Below are positions 1 through 12,449 of a DNA stretch of 64,000 bases, in pieces. This DNA is from Cetorhinus maximus (taxonomy: Eukaryota). Within the stretch, counting starts at the first letter, position 1. Each line of letters begins with the position of its first letter. Made by a program: the position numbers and the translations under genes. Under the pieces are notes generated by a model. It was not told the origin of the DNA. It saw only the letters and a program-made list of their open reading frames with translations, and searched no databases. The stretch lies in assembly GCF_964194155.1 (NCBI RefSeq), contig NC_135881.1, positions 136,214,001 through 136,278,000 of the forward strand. The letters run 5' to 3'.

Positions 1-225
1 TTCTGATTCTGGCCAATTGGGTCTCTTGCCATCTCCTTATATTCCTACTCCAATATCATGCATCTCTAGAGCATCCTTAATATTAATAAGAAGTATAATC
101 AAATCCATCCCTTGTTCAACCATTGCAGGGGCATCATATTCCTTGGCCCTACTTTGAAACATATGGATGTGTTAAAGGATGGGTTCAATGTCTGCAAAAT
201 CGGGACAGTGGTTTAGATTTTTAAT
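1..225 (-). other. Putative exon (5'UTR plus possible start codon at 32-30, MARDPIGQNQ...) of an unidentified minus-strand gene running off the left edge
   Basis: Strong acceptor on the minus strand (gattttttttccctctttttcag, AG at 227-226). ATG in good Kozak context (gagATGG) with an in-frame TAG 15 nt upstream. Only 10 codons are visible, so the product cannot be identified. Confidence 0.5.
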
Positions 226-1639
226 CTGAAAAAGAGGGAAAAAAAATCAACTGTAAAGTAAAAATATTACATAATTTTTAATACGTAACTTCAAGTTTTC
301 CAGGAGAATGGGCTTCATGACCCACCACAAAATCCATCACTAATTTTGTACCTTCAAAACCTGGATTGTTCCATTCAGGTTTTCATGCCTTTTCTTCTCA
401 ATTTAATTTAAAACTACAGGTTTACCCAACATTCTAAGTTACAAAGCTCATGTAAGCTATTCGTTTTCACATCAATGGCCTGATTATTAGCCTTCCTTCA
501 GATGTTTTGAAACTTTTGCGAGTTTGACTTTGTATGTATGGGTTGTACAATATTACATTTATTTCACATATTTAATATTCTTAGAGCCTACAGGGTTTCT
601 AAGTGTGAAGTAACAGTTTGCAAAATTATACTGTATTCCAGAACTAAAATTGCACTTCATTCTATGAATAGCTGTACAATCACAGAACAACGTGACAGTG
701 ACTCAACTTTACTGGCAAGATCTCTTCAAACCTGAAGTCATTCTGATCCCTTTCCAAAACAATTTTTGAGTTCTGAAACGTTGTTTTAAAATATTGAGTT
801 TAACCATTCTATAGCTTACCTTCAAAGAAAGGGAGGCTGATTACAAGAAGCATGTATTACCGAAAAATTCCTACTACAGCAGCTCCATCAGCAGTTATAC
901 AAAGCAACACTTCCAAAGATCAGAAAATACTTATGAGGAAAGACACTTGGCCCATCTTAATTCATCCATCCAGAACAAACTTAAACTCCCCTGTTGCCTC
1001 CAAACTGTTCATAAATCCAGTTTAAGTGTCGTTCACTCTGCATGAAAAGTCTTCCAGTCCTACTGTTGTCTTTTACTATTTTAAACCCATGTCAAACTTG
1101 TCCAACACCTACAGTTAAATTTATAGTAATAATCCTGATTAATCTTTTGCATACCATTTACTACCTTATATACACTGATAAGGTCACCTCTTCAATCCCT
1201 TATTTCCAGGCTGAAAAACCTGAATCTGTCTGATCTTCGTAATTCAGACTATATATTAGAGGTCTTCTATTGAATGCCTCCTTTGTTTCTCAATAACCAG
1301 AACAGAAGACAGTACTGAACAATCGGTCTCAAAATATTGTTGAATTTGATCGTGACTACAACTGACATGTACTGTTTTGTCTACGTAGTTCAACATTCTC
1401 TTGTCTTTGTTGAGTTCCGCTCTGCATGAGTTGGATATGAGCCCTCTGCAGCTTTTGGAAATTACGAGTTTCCCATATACAAAATGTGCAGAAGTAATTT
1501 TGTATATTCAGCGATAAGACAATGATAGAAAAATTACTGTGGTCATTTAGCACATTGGATGCTCAGTTTTGGTTCAAATGGCACCACTTTTTGTGTGGTT
1601 CCATTCCTACCTGTCCCATTTGAGCCAATGCATCACCAT

Positions 1640-2010
1640 CAACAGTTTCTCCTTGCAGCAAAGTGATAGATAAGTTAGAATTTCCTCCAATTGATCACAA
1701 AGACAACTAAAGCCATTGTTTTCAGCTCCCACCAAAATCTCTTCTCCCTTGGCACTTCTGTCAACTCCACACCACCACAACTACTTGCCTAGGCTAAACT
1801 AGACTTTGCAAAAACTTGGCATCCTATTTGATCTACAGTTGATTTTCAGACCCTATTATCTTATTCATCACCAAACTCTATTATTTCCTCCTCTACAAAC
1901 CTCTAGTATCCCTAGACTCAATTTCTCCATGGTTCAATGTGGCCACCTTCCAATTTCTAGCCTCCACTTCTCCAACTTAAGTTGCACTAACTCCCAACCT
2001 CACTGATCTA
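1640..2010 (+). mobile_element. Degenerate L2 LINE fragment
   Basis: Resembles the L2 RT C-terminal region (KAIVF..., NLGILFD.QLIF.P), similar to other L2 pieces in the window. Confidence 0.5.
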
Positions 2011-2499
2011 CACTGACTTCCGAAAGGGAATTGTAACCTTCAATAACAGATGGGTTGGGGATGTGTGGGTAGTCAAAATTGATCTTTGGATTGTCACCAC
2101 CATCTGGTTCCAAAGTACCCACGTAATTGTTTAACAGAGGCACATTTGGATGCCTGTGAGTAACCTATTCGCTGAAGTTGGGGCATTAATTACTGCTGCA
2201 GGGCAATTATTGCAGCAATTAAAATCCTTGAGATGTTAATTAGACCTTTGTAAATTAAATTTCACTAAACTTTAAGTTCAACATCTCCAACTCTGGGTTT
2301 CCTTGAGGCTCATTAATCCCACTAGTAAAATGGAGATGAGTTTGAGCCACAGTTCTCCAGCGTGTTTAAAGTTGTGATTTCCCTTATGAATAAAAGCTCC
2401 ATACTTACAGCAGATGTCTTAGTACTCTCTGGCAAATTTGGAGGTTTCCAAGCAAACGAATTTAGAATGGGAGGCGCATCGGGTGTGTTTGACATCACG

Positions 2500-3520
2500 T
2501 CAGAAGAGGAAGAACACCACCATTCACAGTAGCAACAATACATTTTGGTGGAACGAGCAGGTGCACAGGTGGCAATATACACATAGCAAGCTGTACAGAC
2601 AAACAGCTTCCTTCACCTCTCAGAAGAGCAGTGCCTCTGCAGGTGGACATTGTCTCATCAAGCGGTCACAGGTATCTCAAGCGTCCAAGAAAACCTGCTA
2701 CCTGCTGGACATAGTGGTCATATATCACCAGTGGCTGTGAAATTCACTACTGTCTTCAATATTTGTCTCTGCATCCTTCAAACGTGCTACTGGAGACATT
2801 ATGGAGAGTTTTGCAGTCCAATCTACATAACTGCATTAGGCAGATGACTACTTGATTGTTTGCCAAGGCTGTAACTTTCCTGTGATAACAATAGCTAGAA
2901 TGAGTGGGTACTCAGTTCACCTCTCGGACTGGATTCCCACAGATACAGGGTATCATTAATTGCACACTTATGGTGATCCAAGCATCACCACAGCAGCCAG
3001 GAATTTTTAAAATCAACCACGAGAAATATTCTTCAATGTGCAGGTGTGTAACCAAAGGGAGAGGTCCATGCAGATGTGCATCAGATTTCCTGGAAGATGT
3101 CCTGATGTACTAATACTGTGGTGGTCCAACATTCCAGACCTTTTTGTTCCAAGAAGCAGACCCAAGGGCTGGCTCATAGGAGCCGGGGGATATCCCCTTC
3201 AAAAAGGTCTCTCAATACCAGTGAGAAACCAATGAGGCGCAAGATCACTACAATTAAAGCCACATGACCACCAAGCACATCATGGAGTAAATTATCAGAA
3301 TGGTGAAGTTCCACAAGTGCCTATTTAGGCTTGGAGTATTCACCAGTGAGGATATCCAGACCAACAGTGGTGCATGAAGTCCTGCACAACATTGGGCTAT
3401 AGATAGGATTGTAGGTGGAGGAGGATGAAGGCACTCATCAGGCATCTTCAGATGTGGATAACATTAAAAAGAAAGAGAAGGATTATGAAGATAAGGCAAC
3501 ATCCACATACACTGCTACCC
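2500..3520 (+). pseudogene. Harbinger (HARBI1-like DDE) transposase remnant
   Basis: Frameshifted pieces GFPQIQGIINCT, RFPGRCPDVLIL and GWLIGAGGYPL match the GFP..IGAIDCTH, .PGS.HD and WLLGD.GYPL motifs of Harbinger transposases. Confidence 0.8.
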
Positions 3521-4524
3521 AGGTTGCCCTAATGGCTTGAAGGTTCAGCGTGGTGACTCACAGACAAAAAAAAAAATCACAAATGAAATTCTCTGGTCTG
3601 CTCCCACCACCAGCACCACCCCACTCCCCACCCACTAAACAAAGTCTTTCAATGGGTGCCATCACGTATTGACATTCATCATGAAAACAAATGAAAGGGG
3701 GTTAACATTTGTGACACAATAAATAAGATTTGGAAGTGGTGCTAGGTAATAACTTGAGTCTTAAGAAAACTTAGTATTTTGTCAAACAACATGGGCATAC
3801 ACTTAGTGATTACAATAGTTTTCTCTTACACTTCCTACTGCTTCTACATGGTGAATCCTGTGTGGCTTTAGCAGAGAGAGACAGGCTGATCAGATCCCTA
3901 ACTCTACTGCCCAAGGGTCCCAAAGACAGCACAGGGAGCTGGCAATACGGAGATGGATACTCACTTGTTTGGGGTGGTGGTAGCAACAGCTGAAAAAATG
4001 GAGTGCTTTGAGTGGAGTTTCCATATCCACTTTCATCATCATCCCTCTCTTGATCCAGTGCCACATCACTACTATCACTCTGCTACAGACCAGCTTGTTG
4101 AAGATCAGTGACACCTTACAAGCCCATGGATAAAGTATGTCATCCTATTTAAGGCAACACATATGTTGGTATCCAAAGTTTGGAGGGCTGTACAAGTGGC
4201 CTGCATGTGCTCACCTGAGCGCCAATTTGAATCTTCACAAAGGTAACCACTCTCTCCATGGCAGACATTCTTGATTTCCTGTATCAATTCACTAGTGATA
4301 GAGTTGAACTCCTCCATCCTCTCTGCTACTGTGGCATGTCTGTCGATACCCGGTTATGTTTCTGATGCACCTGGAGCATTCTCCTTCTCAATGAAAACCG
4401 CCTGGTTCAGCTTGTATCCAGTGAACAGAGCTTGGAGCAGTTTGCATCCCCCTGACAGAGACTCCCCACAGTGTCAATATGTTGTGTGCAATGTGGGATA
4501 TTACTCGTTAGTTTCATCTGCTAG

Positions 4525-5695
4525 TGTAATGCCTTAGATTATTTTTTTAAAAAGGAAACAGCTAGAACTACAAAGACAATGTTTTAAAACGGCTGCAGAA
4601 GTCACCTGACCTACAAACTGGCCAAGTTTCTAGAAGCCGCTGAATGTGGATTACCAAGGGACACGTCTAGGCAGTTCCCCTGGTGGACTTCACCTGTCAT
4701 TGTCTGAACTCTCTGCAAAACATGAGGGCAATAGGCCACCAAACTTCCTGATTCCAGAAACTGCCAGGAACAAAGAAGGATTAACACGACTCATTATGCA
4801 AGGAAGATGCTAAGGACTCCCCATCTGTTTCAATAGCATCTTGATAGCTTTGACAATGGGAGATTGAAACTTCTTCACTAATATGGATTTCCCTCTATTA
4901 GCCAGCTATCACATGATCAGAACCCCACTTGTGAAAAGCTATGATTATAAGCTTGTCTGTTTGTTACAGAAAAAGGAGTCTGTAGGATGCACCAGTAACA
5001 TCAAGACAATGATTGCAGAATCTAACATCACCTCTCTCTCATTCTGCTATTCTCAAGTTCGGGACCTTACCTTTGTACATTTTGGAATACATCATAGAGA
5101 TAGAGAATTTTAATCGAAAGGAACTTCAGGTGTAATAGCACTCACTTTGATAAAAAGGCACATTACAGTTGGAAAAAGATGATCTCCAGAAAAACAATCA
5201 GCTTACATTGGCCGCAACACCACTGGAATTTCAAGACCAAAGGAACTTGGGAACATATATTTCTTCCCAAGGATTTTAACTCTTATCAACTTCACCTCTG
5301 CCATCCTGTAACTTATTCTGTTTTGCGTATGTGTGTGTGTGAGAGAGAGTGCGAGTGAGAGAGAGAGAGTGAGTGAGAGAGAGGGCCTCATGGGATTCGG
5401 GATGTGTTTTTATCTTTTTTTAATATGTCTTATACTTTTACCCGAGTGAATTTTTAAACAATAAAATTAACTCCTTATTTGTTTACTCAAGAGATCTGTC
5501 TGGTTTATTTCTTCATCCAGTTTTACATAAGGTCAAGTATATATTAAATTGAAATCACAATTTTCTAAAAATTCAAAGAGTTATAACCAACCTCAGGATT
5601 GGAAAAAAGAAAGGAATTTATTCACCCCCACCACCTCTCGCCCACCACACCCCCCCCACCCCCCCCACCCCCCCCAACCAAACTTGATCATAACA
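4525..5695 (+). mobile_element. Probable solo LTR inserted in Harbinger #1
   Basis: Termini TGTAATG...CATAACA, internal AATAAA at ~5460 and a (GT)n(GA)n tract. TSD only partial (gctag/gctgt). Confidence 0.55.
5330..5383. repeat. Compound (GT)n(GA)n microsatellite
   Basis: Directly visible. Confidence 0.9.
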
Positions 5696-6165
5696 GCTGT
5701 CCCTGCCAACAGTGTCTGCTGATATTCACTTGTGAAACGTGATTCACCCGGTGAAAATGCAACTAACTGTCTAACTGAACCCACTGAAGTGCAAGTAATA
5801 CACTTATGCATAGCTTTGTCCTGTGATGGTGCACCCTCAGAGGATTGAAGTCCTCTGAGAAATCACCCCCATGCATGTCCAGCAACATCTGGTGTATGTG
5901 TGAAGGCCCTGGAAGACAAAAGGGATATGAATTATTCTTGGCAAAATCACAATCTTGACACTCACCATACACTTTCTTCTCATAGTGCAATCATTGATGA
6001 AATAAAGTCAGCATGTGTAGCAGAAATAGTTGTAACTCTGTCACCAGCTATAAGAGCTCCCTGCTTCTGAAAGGCACAGATGTGTCATTTATCCCCATGG
6101 CATCCTCATCTGCATCTGTGAGCTTAACTATTTCTAGTGGCCAACCGCTATTCCTCTCTCTCTCA

Positions 6166-9100
6166 TTTTTTAGTTCATTCATGGGATGTGGGCTTCGCTG
6201 ACTGGGCCAGCATTTATTGCCCATCCCTAATTGCCCATGAGAAGGTGGTGGTGAGCTATCTTCTTGAACCGCAACCGCTGCAGTCCAAGTGGTGTAGGTG
6301 CACCCACAGTGCTGTTAGGAAGGAAGGTCAAGTATTTTGACCCAGTGACAATTAGGAATGGCAATATATTTCCAAGTCAAGAGGTGAGTGACTTGGAGGA
6401 GAACTTCCAGGTGGTGGTGTTCCAATCGATCTGCTGCCCTTGACCTTCTAGATGGTAGTGGTTGTGGGTTTGGAAGATGCTGTCAAAAGACCCTTGGTGA
6501 ATTCCTGGAGTGCATCTTGTAGATGGTACACACTGCTGCTACTGTGCATCGGTGGTGGAGGGAGTGAATGTTTGTGGATGGGGTGCCAATCAAGGGGGCT
6601 GCTTTATCCTGGACGGTGTCAAGCTTCTTGAGTGTTGTTGCAGCTGCACTCATCCAGGCAAGTGGAGAGTATTCCATTACACTCCTGACTTGTGCCTTAT
6701 AGATAGTGGACAGGCTTTGGGGAGTCAGGAGGTGAGTTACTCACCGCAGGATTCCTAGTCTCCAACCTGCTCTGGTAGCCAGAGTGTTTACATGGCTAGT
6801 CCAGTTCAGTTTCTGGTCAATGGTAGCCCCCTAGGATGTTGATAGTGGGGTAAGAGTGATGCTGATGCTATTGAACATCAAGGACCGATGGTTAGATTCT
6901 CTCTTATTGGAGATGGTCATTGTCTGACACTTATGTGACATGAATGTTACTTGCCATTTGTCAGCCCAAGCCTGGATATTGTCCAGGTCTTGCTGCATTT
7001 GGACATGGACTGCTTCAATAACTGAAGAGTTGCAAATGGTGCTAAATATGGTGCAATCATCAAACATCTCCACTTCTGACCTCATGATGGAATATTGATG
7101 AAGCAGTTGAAGATGGTTGGGCCGAGGAACTCCTTCAGTGATGTCCTGGAACCGAGATGATTGACTTCCAAGAACCACAACCATCTTCCTTTGTCCTCAG
7201 TATGACTCCAACTAGCAGAGAGTTATCCCCTGATTCCCATTGACACCAGATTTCATAGGGCTCCTTGATGCCACACTCGGTCAAATGCTGCCTTGATGAC
7301 AAGGGCAATTACTCTCATCTCACCTTTGGAGTTCAGCTCTTTTGTCTATGTTTGAATTAAGACTGTAATGAGGTCAGGAGCTGAGTGACCCTAACAGAAC
7401 CCGAACTGAGCGTCAGTAAGCAGGATATTGCTAAGTAAGTGCTGCTTGATTTCACTGTTGATGACTCCTTCCACCACTTTACTGATGATCAAGAGTACAG
7501 TGATGCGGCGGTAATTGACTGGGTTGGATTTGCCCTGCTTTTTAACGTACAGGACATAGCTGGGAAATTTTCCACATTGTAAGGTAGGTGCCAGTATTTA
7601 ATCTGTACTGGAACAGCTTTGCCTAGGGGCATAGCAAGATCTGGAGCACGTCTTCAGTATCATTGCCAGAATATTATCAGGGCTCATAGCCTTTGCAGTA
7701 TCTCGTACCTTCAGCCATTTCTTGAAATCACATGGAGTGAATCAAACTGGCTGAAGACTGGCATCTGTGATGCTGGGGTGCTCCAGAGGAGGCCGAGATG
7801 GATCACCCACTCGGCACTTCTGGCTGAAGACTGTAGCAAAAGCTTCAGCCTTATCTTTTGTACTGATCTGCTGCGCTCTCCCATAATTGAGGGTGGTAAT
7901 ATTGTGGAGCCTCCTTTTCCAGTGAGTTGTTTAATTGTCCACCACCATTCATGGCTGGATGTGGCAGGACTGCATAGCTTAGATCTGATTATGGGATCAC
8001 TTAGCTCTGTGTATTACTTGCTGCTTACGCTCTTTGTCACGCAAGTAGTCCTGTGTTGTAGCTTCACCAGGTTGACTTCTCATTTTTAGGTATGCCTGGT
8101 GCTACTCCTGGCGTGCCTTCCTGCACTCTTCTTTGAATCAGGGTTGTTCCACTGGCCTAGTGGTAATGGTAAAGTGAGGGGATATGCCAGGCCATGAGGT
8201 TACAGATTGTGGTTGAGTACAATTCTGCTGCTGCTGATGATCCTCAGCACCTCATGGTTGCCCAGTCGAGTTGCTAGATCTGTTCAAAATCTATCTCATT
8301 TAGCACGGTGGTAATGCCACACAGCAGATAGAAGGTATCCTCAATGTGAAGACGGGACTTCATCCCAACACGGACTGTGCGGTGCTCACTCCTACCGATA
8401 CTATCGTGGACAGATGCATCTGTGGTAGGCAGGTTGGTGAGGATGATTTCAAGTATGTTTTTCCCTTTATTCCCTCACCACCTGCCGCAGATGCAGTCTA
8501 GCAGCTCTGCCCTTTAAGACTCCATCAGCACAGTCTGTGGTGCCACAGAGCCACTCTTGGTGATAGATAATGAAGTCCTCCACCTAGAGTACATTCTGCA
8601 CCCTTGCCATCCTCAGTGATTCCTCCAAGTGGCATTCAACATGGAGGAGCACTGATTCATCAGCAGAGAGGGGAGCCATACACGGTAATCAGCAGGAGGT
8701 TTCCTTGCCCATGTTTGACCTGATGCCATGAGGCTTCATGTGGTCCAGAGTCAATGTTGAGGTCTCCAAGGACAACTCGCTCCTGGCTATATACTCCTGT
8801 GCCTCCACCCCTGCTAGGTCTGCCCTACCAGTGGTGACAGGACATACCCAGGGATGGTGATGGTGGTGGCTGGGTATGCAAGGTACCTGTGAGCAATGAT
8901 TCTGCGAGCATGACTTTTGTCAGGCTGTTGCTTGACTAGTCTGTGAGACAGCTCTCCCAATTTTGGCACAGGCCCTCAGATGTTAGTAAGGAGGACTTTG
9001 CAAGGTTGACAGGGCTGAGTTTCCCATTGTCGTTTCCAGTGCCTTGGTCAATGCAGAGTGGTCCATCTGGTTTCATCCCTAATCCAATTTTCATTAGTGA

Positions 9101-9372
9101 TTTGATACAACCGAATGACTTGCTAGATCATTTCAGGGGGCATTTAAGAGTGAACAACATTGCTGTGGATCTGGAGTCACATCTAGGCCAGACCAGGTAA
9201 GGATGGTCGATTTCTTTCCCTCGTGAACCAGATGAGCTTTTACGAAAACGGTTTCATGGTCATCATTAGACTTTTAATTCCAGATTTTTATTGATTGAAT
9301 TAAAATTCTACCATCTGCTGTCGTGTGATGTGAACCCAGAGTCTCTGGATTACTAGTCCATTGCCTTCCCTG
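6166..9372 (-). mobile_element. Full-length decayed CR1-group LINE with tRNA-derived head and a single APE-RT ORF (no ORF1)
   Basis: RT C-terminal motif MEYSPLAWMSAA.TTLKKLDTVQDKAA and APE start near 9000. The 5' ~300 bp matches the SINE at 61164. 3' tail gggcaataaatgctggc...cccacatcccatgaatgaa(A)n. Confidence 0.85.
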
Positions 9373-10924
9373 TGCCTTCTTCTCCTACAAGGGGCAAAAT
9401 AAATATGATCTTTGAGTAACTGAAGGTCAGCTATTCACCCAATGGAGTGCATAGCAAACGAAGGCTGGGTGCGGCTGAAATTTGAGTGGGCATGAGGAGT
9501 GATGCGATGGTGTACATTTGACAAGACATTAGGTGGGGTGGAGAGTTGTGCACTGCTGGAAGTGAGTCAGTAAATGTACTCACTTTTCCTGACCTGGTTA
9601 GATAATATCATTGAATCACTTCCTGTACTACATCCAAATCTGGGGCACAATGTTCCTGTTGCTCACCTCCGCAGCTTCCTCCAACCATGCCTTCTTAAAG
9701 AACTGCAGGTTTCTTCCTCCCATTGCAGGGGCAAAGTGTGTCCTGCCAGTTCCCAACAGTAATTTCACAGATTCATTACTAAAGCTGTCCTTGTTGCTCT
9801 CTGTGCATCCACCCCAAAAAGCACCTCCTGGCTCCTCCAGCTTCCATTTCTGCCCTGCTCCTTTAAATACAGTTGAGACTGTGTCATGTAGGTGCTCAGC
9901 ACACCCATCATGCAGCTTGGAAATGTGAAACACAGAAGTCAAAATTTATTACCTCAAAAATCAAGCTGATGCACTGACTTGACTTCACCATTTTGTGCAC
10001 CCAATTCCACTCTGCGCTCAGATGTTGCCTTCACATTAATACCAGGACCCTTGACTCACGAAAATCTTAAGTTTGATTAATCATCAACAAATCCCTCAAA
10101 TGGTTTCAGCCCCCACACCTCCATGATGTTCTAAAGCTTAACCTTCCCTATAGCTTTCCTTGCACTCCAACTTCTGTACATTTTCCTCCCTCCACTTCAT
10201 TACTAGCAGGGCCTTTAGCTGACTCATACTTGTTCGAAGAAACCCTCTAGGAATATGAATTATGTAATTCATATTAAGTTAGACACTTAATTCAGTTAGG
10301 ATAAGAGAGTCCATGGATATTTATTTCTCCTTTAAGCCCAAAAATATTGAAGCTAATTGCAATGTCCTGCTGCTCTCCCACTGAAATAACCTGACTCAGC
10401 ACAGATCAGCATCAAACTTGGGCTTGTATCTATAAATTCAGTTTAACACTGGATAGTGCATGAGGCATCTTGAGGAATAACCTAAGGTATTCTAAAATAA
10501 TATTTTACTGCAATACTTATTCTACAAAAAAAAATCCAATTGTTAAATCAAACTTATTAAATTGACTCCTGATAGTTGTAGAAGCTGTAGTTCAATCTAA
10601 CTAGAAATGGTCAAATGTAGTAGATATTTCAAAATGTATTTACAGCACTGATGTAATGTGCTTGCAACCTCATTGACTGAAATAATTCATTTCCCAGGTC
10701 TTGTGTTATTAAAACTGTTCCTTTTATGTAAAACTGATAGCACATTCTGTTCAAAACACAATAAATATATTTACAACACTGTTGTGTATATGCAGGAGCT
10801 GCATTTGATTCAAGCAGCAATCACTCACAGTGATCCTACATTTCTCTGCAAATTATAAAACCACAAAATAATCTCAGATTATCTCCAGTAACCAAAATCA
10901 CATTATTTTGAGAAACAGAATCTT

Positions 10925-11455
10925 AACATAGAATTATAGAATGGTTACAGCAGTTCACCTAGTCCCATTCTCCCAACTTTTCCCTGTTGCCCTGCAAATT
11001 TCTCTTCAAATCATTATCCAATTCCCTTTTGCAAGCCTGGATTGAATCTGCATCTACCACACTTTCAGGCACTGCATTTCAGATCGTAACCACTCACTGC
11101 ACAAAGATGTTTCTTCTCATGTTGCTGTTGCTTCTTTTGCCACTCATCTTAAATCAGTGTTTTTTGGTTCTCAACCCTTCTGCCAAAGGGAACAGTTTCT
11201 CCCTATTTTCTCTGGCTAGACCTCTCATGATTTGCCTCTTAATCTTCTCTTCTCCAAGGAGAACAACCCCAGCTACTCCAACCCATCCACGTAACTGAAA
11301 TTCCTCACCCCTGGAATAATTCTGGTGAAGCTTCCCTGCACCCTCTCCAATGCCCTTGCATCCTTCATAAAGTGTGGTGCCCAGAACGAAACACAGTATG
11401 CCAGTTGAGGCCAAACCAGTGTTTTATACAGATTTATCATAATTTCCTTATAACA
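10925..11455 (-). mobile_element. 5'-truncated CR1 LINE fragment
   Basis: LYKTLVWPQLAYCVSFWAPH..D..ALERVQ is the CR1 ORF2 C-terminus. Confidence 0.85.
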
Positions 11456-12449
11456 TGCAATTATGACATAACTTCTACACACATCCAACTGAAACACGGG
11501 TGACTTCATCAAAAGTTTTTAAAATATGTCAAATGTTTCTATTTTGTGATCATAGTAACAACACAAATGTACAGCTGATTGAAACTTCAGCACCAAAAGG
11601 TAAAACTGCACCGTTCTTTCACAGCCTAGTATAAATCAGACTTTCAGTGTAAAGAATTAAATGGAAAGCCCTTTAACATGCAAAGCCCAACCTCCCCCAC
11701 CCCCAAACAAGCGTATTCAATGTGATGGATCACACCCGTCCATTGATTTATGGAGATGGGTTTTCATTGGAAGGGAGTGCTATAGAAACAAAATTTTGCA
11801 AAAAAAGAAATATCATACACCAGGTTGCGATATTTTACAATACTACATGTATCAATGATACTTACTTTATTCTGCTCACGCCACAGATTTTCAAACACGG
11901 GTCTTCACAGCATTTGTGCAGGTCTCCATGATCAGACTCAGAAACTGCTCTGTAATTTTTGGAATATTTCTGCTGCCGAGGAAATTACTAATAAAACCAC
12001 TTATCCTTTGGGTAGCCTTTCTGGAGTTAAGAAAGGAAACCCCCGCAGGAATGTGTTAATGGATACAGCAAGTCTCCCAACAAAGCGAAGTTTGAGAATC
12101 ATCAGTTTATATTAAAGTGATTGAAAAGCCCGAAGTAACCTCCTGCTTTCATTGCAACACTTCAGCTCAGTGAAATGCAAAGCTCAACTTCCTCAATGCC
12201 CCCTAGAATTACAGGATTGCATGATTATAACATCATTTATTCAGTTGATACAGGATAACTTAATCACACATCTTACCCAGGTGGTTGTATAATGTAACGG
12301 GTTGGATTTAAAGCATCATCTCGCAAATTTCATAAATAATACATAGAATTTCCATTACCAACCCCCTCTCTTTGTTGTGGTGCGATGCTGTCAATTTTGT
12401 AGCTGATCAAATTAACCCAGAGTAGCAGTTCACAAGAGAAAATGAAAAA

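Larger units (their letters stand above)
3790..9800 (-). pseudogene. Harbinger Myb/SANT-like partner gene remnant (multi-exon)
   Basis: SFSNESVKLLL...KKAWLEEAAEVS.RNIVPQIW is Myb/SANT-like (9600-9800) and is followed by a GTGAGT donor at ~9583. Coiled-coil-like C-terminal pieces lie at 3810-4320. Confidence 0.65.
2030..10030. mobile_element. Decayed PIF/Harbinger DNA transposon #1 (transposase plus convergent Myb/SANT-like gene), interrupted by a solo LTR and a LINE
   Basis: HARBI1-type transposase motifs on + and a Myb-like gene on -. Termini not resolved. Confidence 0.7.

Noticed and set aside
811-840. Good minus-strand donor GAAG|GTAAGC at 820
   Set aside because: No convincing acceptor upstream to define an exon
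2500-3520. Domesticated HARBI1 gene (also 29300-30300)
   Set aside because: Multiple stops and frameshifts, and paired with Myb-like genes as in transposons
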